Assembly: GCF_006345805.1 (NCBI RefSeq)
Contig: NC_043009.1
Location: 60,450,001 to 60,514,000, forward strand
Origin: Octopus sinensis
Lineage: Eukaryota
Length of the DNA: 64,000 bases
Direction: 5' to 3'
The position numbers were made by a program, and so were the translations under genes. Under the pieces are notes generated by a model. It was not told the origin of the DNA. It did no database searches and saw only the letters and a program-made list of their open reading frames with translations. Of this stretch, positions 24,258 to 36,994 are shown piece after piece (position 1 is the first letter of the stretch; each line of letters starts with the position of its first letter).

Positions 24258-24308
24258 AGCTTCCTGATGATTTCATTTGAATGAAACAGTTCTAGTTCTG
24301 TAGAAGCT
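24258..24308 (+). ncRNA. type I hammerhead ribozyme motif in the 3' repeat of the Penelope element starting at 19788
   Basis: AGCTTC-CTGATGA-tTTCAttTGAAt-GAAA-CAG(ttctagtt)CTG-TA-GAAGCT: perfect 6-bp stem I, intact core, stem III and GUA cleavage triplet. The stem II closing pair is U-U instead of the canonical G-C. Confidence 0.72.
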
Positions 24309-24396
24309 CCTTCTATAAAATAAATTAATTTACTCTGCTATGTATTGAGTACCTTATTTACTGTGGTTAACCCCAACTCAACCCGGGACCTACATA

Positions 24397-26339
24397 TCAT
24401 CATCATCATCATCATCATCATTTAGCGTCCGTTTTCCATGCTAGCATGGGTTGGACGGTTCAACTGGGGTCTGGGGAGCCCGAAGGCTGCACCAGGCCAG
24501 TCAGATCTGGCAGTGTTTCTACAGCTGGATGCCCTTCCTAACGCCAACCACTCCGAGAGTGTAGTGGGTGATTTTATGTGCCACCGACACAGGTGCCAGT
24601 CGAGGCTGGCGAACGGCCACGCTCGGATGGTGTTTTTATGTGCCACCGACACAGGTGCCAGTCGAGGCTGGCGAACGGCCACGCTCGGATGGTGTTTTTA
24701 TGTGCCACCGACACAGGTGCCAGTCGAGGCTGGCGAACGGCCACGCTCGGATGGTGTTTTTATGTGCCACCGACACAGGTGCCAGATGAGGCTGGCGGAC
24801 GGCCACGATCGGATGGTGTTTGTTACGTCCCCAAAGCACGGAGGCCAGTCTATGCGGTACTGGCTACGGCCACGTTCGGATGATTTTCTTGTGTGCCACC
24901 GGCGCTGGTACCACAAAGATACAAATTCCATTGATGTTCATCTATTTTGATTTGATTTTCACTTGCCTCAACAGGTCTTCACAATTGTCACAAGAAGGAA
25001 GGTATGCACAGGTGGACTGACAACGTCCCAGGCAGGGGCCACGGGTTATGGCCTGACTAGTCTTGCCGGGTCTTCGGACGGTGTTTTTATGTGCCACCGA
25101 CACAGGTGCCAGATGAGGCTGGCAAACGTCCACGATCGGATGGTGTTTGTTGCGTGCCCACAGCACGGAGGCCAGTCGATGCGGCACTGGCCACGGCCAC
25201 GTTCGGATGGTTTTCCTGTGTGCCACCGGCCCTGGTACCACAAAGACACAAATTCCATTGATGTTCATCTATTTTGACTTGATTTGATTTGATTATCACT
25301 TGCCTCAACAGGTCTTCACAAGTGTCACAAGAAGGAAGGAAGGTATGCACAGGTGGACTGACTACGTCCCAAGTAGGGGCCACGGGTTATGGCCTGACTA
25401 GTCTTGCCGGGTCTTCGGTTGGTGTTTTTATGTGCCACCGACACAGGTGCCAGATGAGGCTGGCGGACGGCCACGATCGGATGGTGTTTGTTATGTGCCC
25501 ACATCACAGAGGCCAGTCGACGCGGTACTGGCTACAGCCACGTTCGGATGGTTTTCTTGTGTGCCACCGGTACTGGTACCACAAAGATACAAATTCCATT
25601 GATGTTCATCTATTTTGATTTGGTTTGATTTGATTTGATTTGATTTGATTTGATTTTCATTTTCATTTTCACTTGCCTCAACAGGTCTATACAAGTGTCA
25701 GACACTTGCCTCAACAGGTCTTCACAAGTGTCATAAGTAGGGAGGTATGCACAGGTGGACTGACTACGTCGCCGGGACTTCGGATGGTGTTTTTATGTGC
25801 CACCGACACAGGTGCCAGATGAGGCTGGCGAACGGCCACGATCGGATGGTTTTCTTGTGTGCCACCGGTACTGGTACCACAAAGATACAAATTCCATTGA
25901 TGTTCATCTATTTTGATTTGGTTTGATTTTCACTTGCCTCAACAGGTCTCCACAAGTGTCACACCCTTGCCTCTGCCTCGACAGGTCTTCACAAAGTGTC
26001 ACACACTTGCCTCTGCCTCAACAGGTCTTCACAAGTGTCACACACTTGCCTCAACAGGTCTTCACAAGTGTCATAAGAGGGAAGGTATGCACAGGTGAAC
26101 TGACTACGTCGCCGGGTCTTCGGATGGTGTTTTTATGTGCCACCGACACAGGTGCCAGATGAGGCTGGCGAACGGCCACGATCAGATGGTGTTTGTTGTG
26201 CCCACAGCACGGGGGCCAGTCGATGCGGTACTGGCTACGGCCACGTTCGGATGGTTTACTGGCTACGGCCACGTTCGGATGGTTTTCTTGTGTGCCGCCG
26301 GTACTGGAACCACAAAGATACAAATTCCATTGATGTTCG

Positions 26340-26340
<1 letters not shown>
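24397..26340 (-). mobile_element. family B/RTE 3'UTR with nested tandem amplifications (62-bp unit x4, then several longer re-iterations)
   Basis: ATGTGCCACCGACACAGGTGCC recurs at 24576, 24638, 24700 and 24762, then at ~25089, 25430, 25795 and 26135. Segment 24930-25075 matches the RTE 3'UTR at 3020-3170. Confidence 0.88.
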
Positions 26341-26408
<68 letters not shown>

Positions 26409-26574
26409 AGATATGTATGTATATATATATATGTATGTATAGATATGTATGTATATATATGTATGTATGTATAGATATGTATGTATATATATGTATGTAT
26501 AGATATGTATGTATATATATGTATGTATAGATATGTATGTATATATATATATATGTATGTATAGATATGTATGT

Positions 26575-26682
<108 letters not shown>

Positions 26683-27244
26683 GTGGAAATCTGGGGGGGG
26701 GCGTTTGTTTGTGGCATTGTTATCTAACTCCTCCTACATTGTTTTATCGATTTTAATGAAACTTGACACGTGAGTAGACCACTTGTCTGGAAAACTAGTT
26801 ACATACTTTGTTGAAAAAATTGATAAGGGATTCTTATATCTACTGCATATAACTAATATATTATTTGTAAACATTCAACAGAAATAACCCATTCGCTCCT
26901 GAAAGGGATCCTTATATATAGCCAAGGGAAATAACCCATTCATGTTCATAAATTATTTCGTATAAATCAAAATGAGTATGCTTATTTGTTAGTATTTGAA
27001 CTATTTGAGTTATTTTCGCAATTCATCCAGTACAACACTTAAACATGTAAATAGTATTTTCCTAAACAATAGATCCACTTATATCAGTTACTGACTTATT
27101 CACGAGTATACCAACACTAGCGTCACTGAGGGTAATATTCTCTGCGAACAGACAAAAGCTTGTTTACTTTGAATTGCTATTATCTCATATCTGATTAGCC
27201 TGTTATTACATAACATCTTTTAAATTCAAACCAAACAATAATAA

Positions 27245-27695
27245 AGGAGATCTACTGCGAGCAGCTTGAGCAAGTTAAAGCCAGCACTGGAAGAAAAACA
27301 ACCATTTTTGGTTTCAAAATGAAAGTTGTTCTTCCACCATGATTATGCTTAGCTACATACAGCAAGGATGACATTCCAAAGGCTGGAGCAGTCTGAATGG
27401 AAAATGATGCCCCACCCACTATATTCGCCAGACATTGTCCCATCAGATTATCATTTATTCCGCAGTCTTCAAAATCATTTGGACAGAAAAAATATGAATT
27501 CTGTAGATGAGGTTAAAACAGTACTGAAGGAATATTTTTCATCATGGACAAGCGAATTTTGGAAAAGGGGCCTTGCAAGTCTACCAGAGAGCATTGTAGA
27601 AAATGAAGGAGAGTATATTTTAGATTAAAAAAGAACTTTACTTATCTTAAAGAAGTATAAAAAATCTGCATTATTTATGGAACGACCCAATGTAT
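27245..27695 (+). mobile_element. mariner transposase 3' fragment with right TIR
   Basis: ORF 27368-27628 HPLYSPDIVPSDYHLFRSLQNHL...EFWKRG..SLPE carries the YSPDL(A)P.D motif. Confidence 0.88.
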
Positions 27696-28374
27696 ATACT
27701 AGCTCAAATGTTGCCCTATCAGGCAGCTTTTCAGCAAGAATATAGCTTTTAATCTACTGACCTCGAATGAGAAGGTCTGCAAACATATCTCTGACTTGTT
27801 TTGGAGAATATGTTGCAGTTGCTGCCTCCAGAGTCATCTCCCAATGATGATGATATTCTTTGCAAAAAATCGCCAAAAATTATTGCTGGATTTCACAATT
27901 AATTTTGATTATCCCCAAAATTTATTTCCAAGTTATAAAAATTGTTATTGTACAAAAAGATTTGTTGCAAAAAGTCATGTAAAAAAATCGTCAAAAGCAA
28001 TTGCAGTAATGAAAACTAGGGAATCTAAAATTTCAGGATTGCAGGTTCAGATTCAGCCCAGAATGCTTTTAATTTACTTGTGAAATTGGCCTTTAGATGA
28101 TAAAAGTTCTCATATAAAAAAATTTGTCGCGAAAAGTCATGTAAGAAAATGGCTGAAAACAATCACAGAAGTGAAAACTTGGGAATCCAAAATATCAGGA
28201 TTGCGGGTCCAGATTTGGCCCGGAATGTTTTTAATTTACTCATGGAGTTGGCTTGGTTCCAAAATGGTATGATATGTTGGGCTACAGCCTCTAGGAGTAA
28301 AGTTAAAAAAGTGTGACACAGATAATTCTCTCTCTCTGTCACCCTCTCTCTTTCTTTCTCTCAACCTCTATCTT

Positions 28375-28426
<52 letters not shown>

Positions 28427-28516
28427 ACCCAATCCAACTCATAAACATGTTACTATGAAGTATATCACATGCAATGTGATAGTTTCATAATTAAAATGCT
28501 TAACACTTATTTTCAG

Positions 28517-28666
28517 AATGCCCTGAAACCGTGACCATTTGCAACCGCACTGTAGTTTGTCCAAGTAATACAGTCTACAATGAGTGTCAAGTATCTTTTA
28601 TGAATAATGCCACGCTTACATGCAACGACACTCTGCAATGGGATCCTTCTTTCCAGTGTCCAAAAG
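28517..28666 (+). CDS. receptor gene exon: Cys-rich sushi/CCP-like module 1 (150 nt, phase 1-1)
   Basis: TTATTTTCAG| ... AAAG|GTAAAT. It encodes ECPETVTICNRTVVCPSNTVYNECQVSFMNNATLTCNDTLQWDPSFQCPK, with 6 Cys, a C-x5-W-x5-C end and 3 N-glycosylation sequons. Confidence 0.85.
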
Positions 28667-29278
28667 GTAAATTAGAACATGTTGTTATATTTTTAAGCAT
28701 CTATTAAGAAATTACTGTAAAATTAGTGGTTGACAAGCAGACAAATGCTTATTAGCTCATATCCCCCCCGTCACTGACTTATTCACGAGTATACCAACAC
28801 TAGCGTCACTGAGGGTAATATTCTCTGCGAACAGACAAAAGCTTATTTACTTTGAATTAAGGCCACCTGCACATGTAACTCTCAAATGGCTAAGCCCACC
28901 TAGCTGTAAGTAGGTACCACAGTCTAAGATCAACTCATCACTGTAGGACCTTGGACTATAAGCTAACACAAGTGTTTCTTTAGCTTAATGAGTTGGGTTC
29001 AGTTCCTCATGAATTTATCAAGGAAATTGGAATAGAGTGCCCTTACAAGGTTTGCCTCCATGCCATGGGCAGAACAATCAGGTATGTATTAGACATCTGA
29101 AAACGACGGATAACATGATACTGTAGGCTGTAGGTAGCAAGCCCGCTACACATGCAACATTCCAGGAGTTCCAACAAAACCTGTGATAAAAAGAAATTAT
29201 AACAACAATGATAGTAATGGCTTCAAATTCTGGTACAAGATCAGCAATTTCAGAGAGGAAGTAGCTGATACATTCTCT

Positions 29279-29542
29279 TGTGTCTGGGGAGAGTCATTTT
29301 CTTTTTTTACCTTATGATTTAACACACTCACCAGTAAAATTTCCACTTATTTCTTTTTTTTATTTTCCTAAAATTTTCGTTGCATCTTGCAACCTTTTCA
29401 ATAGTCTTGCCAATAGTCTTGAAAAGGTTGCAAGACGCAACGAAAATTTTAGGAAAATAAAAATATGAATTAAGTGGAAATTTTACTGGTGAGTGTGCTA
29501 AATTATAAGGCACACAAAGAAAATGACTCTCCCCAGACACAA
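29279..29542. repeat. ~265-bp fold-back palindrome of a Penelope (Neptune-associated) terminal repeat
   Basis: TTGTGTCTGGGGAGAGTCATTTTC...GCAACCTTTTCAA / TTGAAAAGGTTGC...GAAAATGACTCTCCCCAGACACAA. The same sequence lies at 40232-40350 next to the 5' truncation of the Neptune-like fragment. Confidence 0.85.
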
Positions 29543-29609
29543 CAGAATATGCTTCAACACACAAACTCATATAAAGAATCTTGCAAACCAAATCCAAAAA
29601 CGAAATATA

Positions 29610-30080
29610 ACTGGTACATATTTTATCAAAAAGATGACAGGTAAAGTTGACCCCAGCGGAATTTGAACTCAGAAAGGAAAAACACAAAATGCTACTGAGC
29701 ATTTCACCTGACAATCTAACAATTCTGATTTCAAGTTTTGGCACAAAGCCAGCAACTTTGGGGGAGGGGATAAGCTGATTATATCAACCCCTGTATTCAA
29801 CTGGAACTTATTTTATCAACTCCAAAAGGATGAAAAGCTAAGTCATCATGATCATGATCATGATGATCATGATGATGATGATTTCTGTTATAGGTACAAA
29901 TTTTGGGTGGGAGAGGGCTAGTCAATTACATCAACCCCAGTATTTCACTGGTACTTAGTTTATTGACCCCAAAATGATGAAAGGCAAAGTCGACCTCAGT
30001 GGAAATTGAACTCAGAATGTATTGAGGAGTAAAATACCACAAAGCTTTCATTCAGTATGCTAACAATTCTGCCATTTTGC
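29610..30080 (-). mobile_element. cluster of three degenerate family C SINE fragments (others at 16395-16550 and 33180-33355)
   Basis: Repeated ACTGG.ACTTA.TTTAT..ACCCC.AAA.GATGAAA.GC.AAGT..ACC and GAATTTGAACTCAGAA motifs. Confidence 0.7.
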
Positions 30081-30350
30081 AAGTGGTTTTCATGGCTTTT
30101 CTTCTTAACTGATTGGAAGTGTTATCATGTACATTGTTTTGTCTTGGTATAAAAGATTGGCTCCAGCAAATATTCTGCTCAATACCACAGATTTACTTGG
30201 CAGTTGTTTGACCTTAACCGGTTGATCATGTTCCTTGGTGGCTGATGATAGATAAACTTATAGAAAAAAATACACACTGAAAATAAAACAAAATGCTTAG
30301 CAACTCAAAACAGTTTGCTACAACCAAAGAAAAATAGCACATCAGGCACT

Positions 30351-30667
30351 TATTTATTTATTTATGCACCCTTTTCAAGCCTATCCAGGCTCATGGGCCC
30401 AGTTTCCCAGTTTCTATGGCGTATGTGTTCCCCCCAGCTGGACGGGATGCCAGTCCATTGCAGCATTACTCAAGAAACAGGAAGAGAGAGTGAGAGAAAG
30501 TTGGGGCGAAAGAGTACAACAGGGGTCGCCACCACCCCCTGCCAGAGCCCCGTGGAGCTTTTAGGTGTTTTCGCTCAATAAACATACACAACGCCCGGTC
30601 TGGGAATCGAAACTGTGATCCTCCGACCACGAGTCTGATGCCCTAACCACTGGGCCATTGCGCCTCC
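30351..30667 (-). mobile_element. tRNA-derived SINE, head E plus tail T2 (V-domain-like), with TSD
   Basis: Reverse complement GGAGGCGCAATGGCCCAGTGGTTAGGG...GTTTCGATTCCC...GCAATGGACTGGCATCCCGTCCAG. TSD CACATCAG(G/A)CACT at 30338-30350 and 30668-30680. A related copy lies at 30885-31190. Confidence 0.85.
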
Positions 30668-31539
30668 ACACATCAGACACTATATCTCCAGAAATGTATA
30701 AGACCCATAAAAAAAGGAAGAAACATAACAGAGGTAACCATGCATACTACAAATCTAAGCTAAAGCAAAATCTCTACACAGCTACTCACATCAGGTATTA
30801 ATAGTACAGCACAGCAACACAACAAAGCAAATGCTGAAATACAAAGCAAGCAAAATAACACACACCATGACAACTATAATTGATGATGTTTGTTCTTTCT
30901 CGAGTCATGCCTGGCTCATAAGGGCCGGTTTCTCGGTTTCCTTGGCGTATAGGTTCCCCACCTGGACAGGATGCCAGTCCATCACAGGTGAGCTGCAAGA
31001 TGCAGGAGGAAAGAGCAAGAGAAAGTTGTGGCGAAAGAGTCAGCAGAAGTTTCGCCATTACCTTCTGCCGGAGCCGCATGGAGTTTAGGTGTTTCGCTCA
31101 TAAACACACTCATCGCCCAGTCTGAGATTCGAACCCATGATCCCTCGACCGCGAGTCCGCTGCTCTAACCACTAGGCCATGTGCCTCAACATTATTGATG
31201 ATGGGGACAAACTGACTGAAGAAATACCAAAAATAGAAGAAAGCATCTCAAAATCAATAAATATGAATCAGTGTAAATGTCTCCCCAAACTACAAAAAAA
31301 CAAAAACAGCAAAAAACAAACAGTTCTGTGAGTGGTTAAATAGATACAACAGAGCCCTACATGAAATAATGACCACATCAAAAGATGCCCTAGATACCCA
31401 GGAAAATTGGACTTGACCCATACAAAGATAAAAAGACCACAGCCAAATCTCAAACCCGGAAATGGGAAGAGAAGATAAGTAAAATTAAAAAACAAAAGAC
31501 AGACATTGTTATTCTGTGAATTAGAGACAGAGGGATCAA

Positions 31540-32820
31540 ACATGAAAAAGAAGACCTATACACCATAAAAAATAAAAGACATCAGGATGAGCGTTGGGAT
31601 GGACAAATGTGCCAAAATAATACTGAGGAAAGGCAGGTTAGTCAGCACTGGAAACACTGCACTCAACATAGACAGAAATGAGAGAGTTAGACCACAATCA
31701 CCCTTACAATTATCTAGGAATGGATGAAATAGCTAAAATACAACACACAGAAATGAAAGAGAAAATTAGGAGAGAATACTAGAGGAAACTTAAATTAACC
31801 CTTTAGTATTTAAACCGGCCAAAATATTTAATCTGTTTTATGTTCAAACTGACCAGATCCAGGCTCTCACACCTACCCTACAATGTTATTCTACATTAGG
31901 TAATTACACCATCAAAATCTTGAAGATATGAGATAATGCATGATTAAATCAAATCAATGTGAATCAATTAGCATTATGTTTGATAGAATAATCTGAACAC
32001 TAAAGGGTTAATATTAAACACTGGACCCAATGCTAAAGGCAAGACAATAAGGATAAACACACTAGTTATACCAGTCATAAATTACAGCTTCAACATAATC
32101 GGATGATTGATGAATTGAAAAACTTATAAAAGCGAGAAAACTATTAACAGCATAAAATCCCAAAGTAGATACAGACAAAATATATCTACCCCACTCCGGT
32201 AGCCATGGCCTGACACAGATAGAGAATTATTACAAAATAACAGCTGGACTAAAAAAATATTTACAAATAAAATGTGGAAGACTACTGCTTGCAATAAAGC
32301 AACTCACAAAAAAGGAAGTGCATTTCTCTATGCACAGGGGGCTACAAAATACAAAACAGAAACAAACCACAGTGATACACTGATCTCAGATGACAACATA
32401 GCAGAAATAGTCAAAGAGGCAAGAAACATGAAAACAGAAATGCAAAACATACTAAAAATGAAATGGGAGAAAAACCACTCCATAGCCAATACTCTGCAAG
32501 ACTTGACAGAAATCAGGTAGATTTCCAATGTAGGTTATGTAAATCAAAGGAAGAAACTGTTACTCAAATAGTGAATGAAGTACACTGGCGCAGGAAGAAT
32601 ACAAGAAACAATATGACAACCTCAGGAGAATAATCCACTGGGAGTTATGCAGAAAGCTAGGATTTGACCATAATGCTAAGTACTAGAAAATAAGAAAATG
32701 TGGGATTTTCATAGTAATGGAAGCCAGACAGTCTAATTTAGTAGAAGTAGACAAAGAGAATAGAAAGTACCAGGTAATTGACTTGATAGTCCCAAATGAT
32801 GATAAAGTCAATACGAGTTT
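31540..32820 (+). mobile_element. old R4/Dong-like (REL endonuclease) non-LTR remnant; second remnant at 57300-57790
   Basis: Degraded frames KDIRMSVGMDKCAK, YNYLGM, INTLVIPVINYSFNII, DKIYLP..G.HGL, IIHWELCRKLG, WDF and VIDLIVPND. Confidence 0.65.
31796..32011. mobile_element. piggyBac-like MITE with TTAA TSD (second copy 58428-58655)
   Basis: TTAA|CCCTTTAG ... CTAAAGGG|TTAA termini with a shared internal sequence CTCTCACACCTACCCTACAA. Confidence 0.8.
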
Positions 32821-33449
32821 ACCGAATTTAATCTGTCTGCATAATATAGAGTTAACATTAGAATTTTATTCCCACTAATGGCAAAACTAAACCTACAATA
32901 AGGGATTTTTAAACAACCGCATATTTAGTCCAAACAGCACTAAATGGGCAACGAGTCTACGATATAGTGTGTGTGTCAAATGATACAAGTGGGGTTCTGC
33001 TTGGGGATTTAGTGTTAGGGAGGGTTGTGCAATGGTTTTTTTTTTAACACGTGGGCAAAGGAGCATTTTTTGGCCGATTGGTGAGCGGTATTGCAATTTG
33101 GTGTGGAAAGTTTGGGAAACACTGGTCTAATCTGTTGTGTGTATCTGAAATAATAATGATAACAGTAAGGATAATAATGATGATTTCAATTTTGGGTAGA
33201 GGTAAGTCGATTACATCGACTCCAGTGTTGAACTGGTATTTTATCAACCCTGAAAGGATGATAGGCAAAGTTGACTGGTGGAATTTGAACTTAGAATGTA
33301 ATGACAAATGAATTGCCACTAAGCAATTTGTCCAGCATTGCTCACCACTCTTCCAGTTTGCAACCTTAACTAATAATAAGAAAAAGAAGATATGTTGTGT
33401 AGCAACTTTTGGTTCTCTCATTGCTGTTTGTATTAAATATTAGATAGAA

Positions 33450-34388
33450 TGCTGTATTCTACATGCAAAAGTCTTCAGTCACTTCAAACTATTGTAAAAT
33501 TCCACTAATTGCCAACTTATAAGTAGATATTTTGCATTGCATTTTTTACCAATGAAACATTGGTCCTGTTGGAGTCATTTCCATACCTATTCCTTATATT
33601 TTGTAGTAGGGGTTCTGAATGAGAGGGGAAGATGCAAGACGACCACCAAAAACAATCACGCAAATGTTTTCAGCCACCTCACATAAACCAATCAAGATAC
33701 AGTGTTTTAAAACAGAAAAATGTCTAAAATGAAAATTTATTACATAATGTTCATTTCAAGAAGTTACTGTACATTGTTGATATTTCGTGTGGCTTCACTT
33801 AGCTTGAATAATTGCTTCAATGCACCTAGGAAGAGATGTGTACAAATCCTTCACCATCTTCACAGGTATGAAATGCCATTCTCTGTGGCTGAACTCCCAT
33901 AATTCTTCAGGATTGCATGGATTCTTCTGGCAAATTCTTCTCTTCAGTTCTGTCCACATTTGTTCGATGATATTTAAGTCAGGGTACTGAACTGACCAAA
34001 ATTTCAATATGGTACCACCTTCATCAGCCAGACTCTTGTGTTGCACGTGATCTGTGGCATGGAGCTCCGTCATGCTGAAAAATCTCATCTTCATCCAAAT
34101 CTATTATCGAACTGTCTTTCAGCAACTGGATGTATTTGGCACGATTCAGGTTACTGTCAATTTTAACCAACTTTCTTGAACCATCACTTTTTTATGTATC
34201 CCCAAATCATCAGACTCTTACCCCCAAACTTCACTGTTTTCGTTGTGTAACGTCAGTTGTTTCGCTTTCCTGGAGGCCTTCTGATAAATTCTTGCTTATT
34301 AGAAATGCAAAACATCCACTTATAAGTTGGTAATTAATAGAAATTTACAGAAGTTTGATGTAGTTGAAGACTTTTGCATGGAACAGTA
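33450..34388 (-). mobile_element. deleted Tc1 transposon with TIRs
   Basis: TIR core CATGCAAAAGTCTTCA at ~33462 and its reverse complement at ~34365-34380. ORF 33795-34094 WSVQYPDLNIIEQMWTELKRR...SLPRCIEAIIQAK. Confidence 0.85.
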
Positions 34389-34659
34389 CATCATCACCAT
34401 CATCTTATGTCTACTTTCCATGCTGGTGGGGTTAAGATGGTTTGACAGGGAGCCAGCAAGCTACAGGATGGCATTGAGCTTTGTTATAGTTTCTACAGCT
34501 GGATGCCCTTCCTAACCTATAAATAAAAGGTGTTTTGGCCTTCTAATGCCATCTAACATCTCTGTATATATATACAGATTTGAAGGTAATCAAAGTCCAT
34601 TCCAATTTCGGGGAAAGAAAAATACTGACTGCAGTAAATTGTATAGATGTGGTCAGTGT

Positions 34660-35509
34660 ATAAGGGAGTACCCAAAAGAAACCAGAATTTTTCAATATTA
34701 TTTTATTCACTTAGTATTCCCCATTTGATGCAATCTATTGTATCAGACATTTTTTCCACTGTTCAAAGCGGTGCTGGAATTTTTGCAAAGCAACACCTTT
34801 TACTGCCTCTAATGTTTTTTTTCTTCACCTCTTCCATATCTGCAAATCCTGTAGCACCAGCTTTCATCACCAGTGATGGCCTTCAAAAAAGGGTCCAGAC
34901 CAATTTCAAACTATTATTACAGTTCACAACACACATTCAGTTATGACTGCTTTTGATCTTCCATGAGCAAGCAAGGCACAAATCTGGCTGGAACTCCTCA
35001 CTTAAAACTCATTGGCAGGAGTTCCTGGGCACACCAGTCATATCAACAAGTTTGTTAATTGTTCAGTGATGGTCTTTCTAAGATCAGTTCATGAATTTTC
35101 CCAATGTTTTCATTCATTTGGGAGTTTGAAGGATGCCCTGAACGAGGTTGGTTTTCAAGTGACGAGTGACCATTCCTAAAGCATGAAAACCACTTGTAAA
35201 CTTGTTTTTATTTTTTGCTCTCGGTAGCGTCCTTGTAAGCTGTTTGAAGCATCAAAACTGATTTGGCTGCTGTTTTTCTCAGCAGAAAATGGAATTTCAT
35301 GGAAGCTCACTGTTCCTTTGTTTCAACCAGTGCAAAAATTGATGAACGGTGGGGATGCACTGCAAAACAAAGACGCTCCACATGGCAATACAACTTCACT
35401 CAACAACGATGGTTGTCATACTGATGTTTGAGGGTCTCATCAAGTGGCTTCTAGCAGTGGAATCCTGAACTGCAGAGTGTTTCTGGTTACTTTTGGGTAC
35501 CTCCTTGTA
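34660..35509 (-). mobile_element. degraded mariner-like element with TIRs
   Basis: AAGGGAGTACCCAAAAGAAACCAGAA and TTCTGGTTACTTTTGGGTACCTCCTTG|TA are inverted ends. Transposase-like N-terminal remnants lie on -. Confidence 0.65.
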
Positions 35510-35663
35510 ATTGAGAAGACGGGCTAAATGGAAATTCAAAAATTCAAGTGTTTGGCAGTATTGAGGAAATGGAAAATTTCACTACATTTTGTAAAAAAAA
35601 ACAGTAGATTCTATCAGAGACAATAAAAATGTTTTTTTGTTTTTTTTTTGTTTGTTTTTGTAG

Positions 35664-35687
35664 GAAATGGAGAAAAGACAACATTTC
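35664..35687 (+). CDS. receptor gene micro-exon (24 nt, phase 1-1), linker GNGEKTTF
   Basis: Very long poly-T acceptor ...TTTGTTTTTGTAG| and donor C|GTGAGT. It keeps the frame between module 1 and module 2. Confidence 0.7.
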
Positions 35688-36104
35688 GTGAGTATTATTA
35701 GGATATTTTCAACTTCATATCAATGTAAATTATTCAGGATAATCCCTAGAGTAGACAACAAATACTACTTCTTTGTATTAACATGAGCAATTTTGGTGAA
35801 GCTATTTGATTCTATAATTCTCTATGTTTCACTCTTTGCAGATAACTCCACCATATTTGCTACCCGTTTTAAAACCAACTCCAGGCAGCATGCACACACA
35901 CTCACATATGTAAACCCTACTCACTGTCTCTCTCTCTCTTACATACACGCAACAAAACCCTTCCCAAACACTCCTTTTTACCTCTCGTCTACCTCACCAT
36001 CATATCTCCAACATCTTAACCTTTTAGCATTCAGATTATTCTGTAAAATCTGCATGTGCTGACTTTATAACTTCTGAATATTCTGAAAATACTTTACTCT
36101 ATCT

Positions 36105-36360
36105 GTGACGAAAAGCTCTATCTGCGACAATTTCATCTCAATCGATGGAGAGGGGCTTTCTCCGTCCGGATTGCGGATCCGTGGAATAAGCTGCCGGACG
36201 AGATAGTGAAGATGCCGACGACCACTCGGTTCAAAGTCTCACTTGACCAGAAATGGCCTGAACTCTTTGCATGAACACCCTTGTACATAACTCCATGTCC
36301 CCCTACATGGCCTTGGTTTTTGCTTTTTGAGCCAAAAAATTAACTTAACTTAACTTAACT
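36105..36360 (+). mobile_element. CR1/L2-like LINE 3' end with (AACTT)n tail
   Basis: EKLYLRQFHLNRWRGAFSVRIADPWNKLPDEIV...FKVSLD, then a short 3'UTR and TAACTTAACTTAACTT. Confidence 0.8.
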
Positions 36361-36582
36361 ACTCAGTGGCATGAACATTTTTTTTTGTATTTCAGAAATA
36401 TGACCAGCTGTGAGAGAATAAAAGGCAAAAACAGCCCAAGTTTTTTGGTCACTTGCATGTTAATGTCATGAACAAGCTATTCTGTTGTTTGGATCAACTG
36501 GAACCCACATTGCTGTAACTGACAGAGAGCCATTTAATTGGTTCCCTATACCTCCACACAATGCACACACTGTGTATATATA

Positions 36583-36632
<50 letters not shown>

Positions 36633-36635
<3 letters not shown>

Positions 36636-36866
36636 GGCGGCAAGCTGGCAGAAACGTTAGCATGCCAGGTGAAATGCGTAGCCGTATTTCGTCTGTCGTT
36701 ACGTTCCAAGTTCAATTCCGCCGAGGTCGACTTTGCCTTTCATCCTTTCGGGGTCGATTAAATTAAGTACCAGTTACGCACTGGGGTCGATGTAATCGAC
36801 TTAATCCGTTTGTCTGTCCTTGTTAGTCCCCTCTGTGTTTAGCCCCTTGTGGGTAGTAAAGAAATA
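36633..36866 (+). mobile_element. SINE family C (MetaSINE-like core), full length; others at 49693-49925 (+), 57057-57286 (+), 57798-58215 (+, 3' part tandemly duplicated) and 62470-62698 (-)
   Basis: AAGGCGGCAAGCTGGCAGAAACGTTAGC...GCCTTTCATCCTTTCGGGGTCGA...GCCCCTTGTGGGTAGTAAAGAAATA. Confidence 0.85.
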
Positions 36867-36994
36867 TATATATATTTATGTGCGTGTGTATATATGTATA
36901 TAATTGTGTGTGTATGTGTATGTATATATGTGTATATATTTATATATAAAAACCATTAAGGAGAATTCAAACAAGTTTAACAGTTTATATAAAC

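Noticed and set aside
24422-25694. Overlapping ORFs with repeated MCHRHRCQ peptides
   Set aside because: They are translations of the non-coding 62-bp unit in the RTE 3'UTR repeat.
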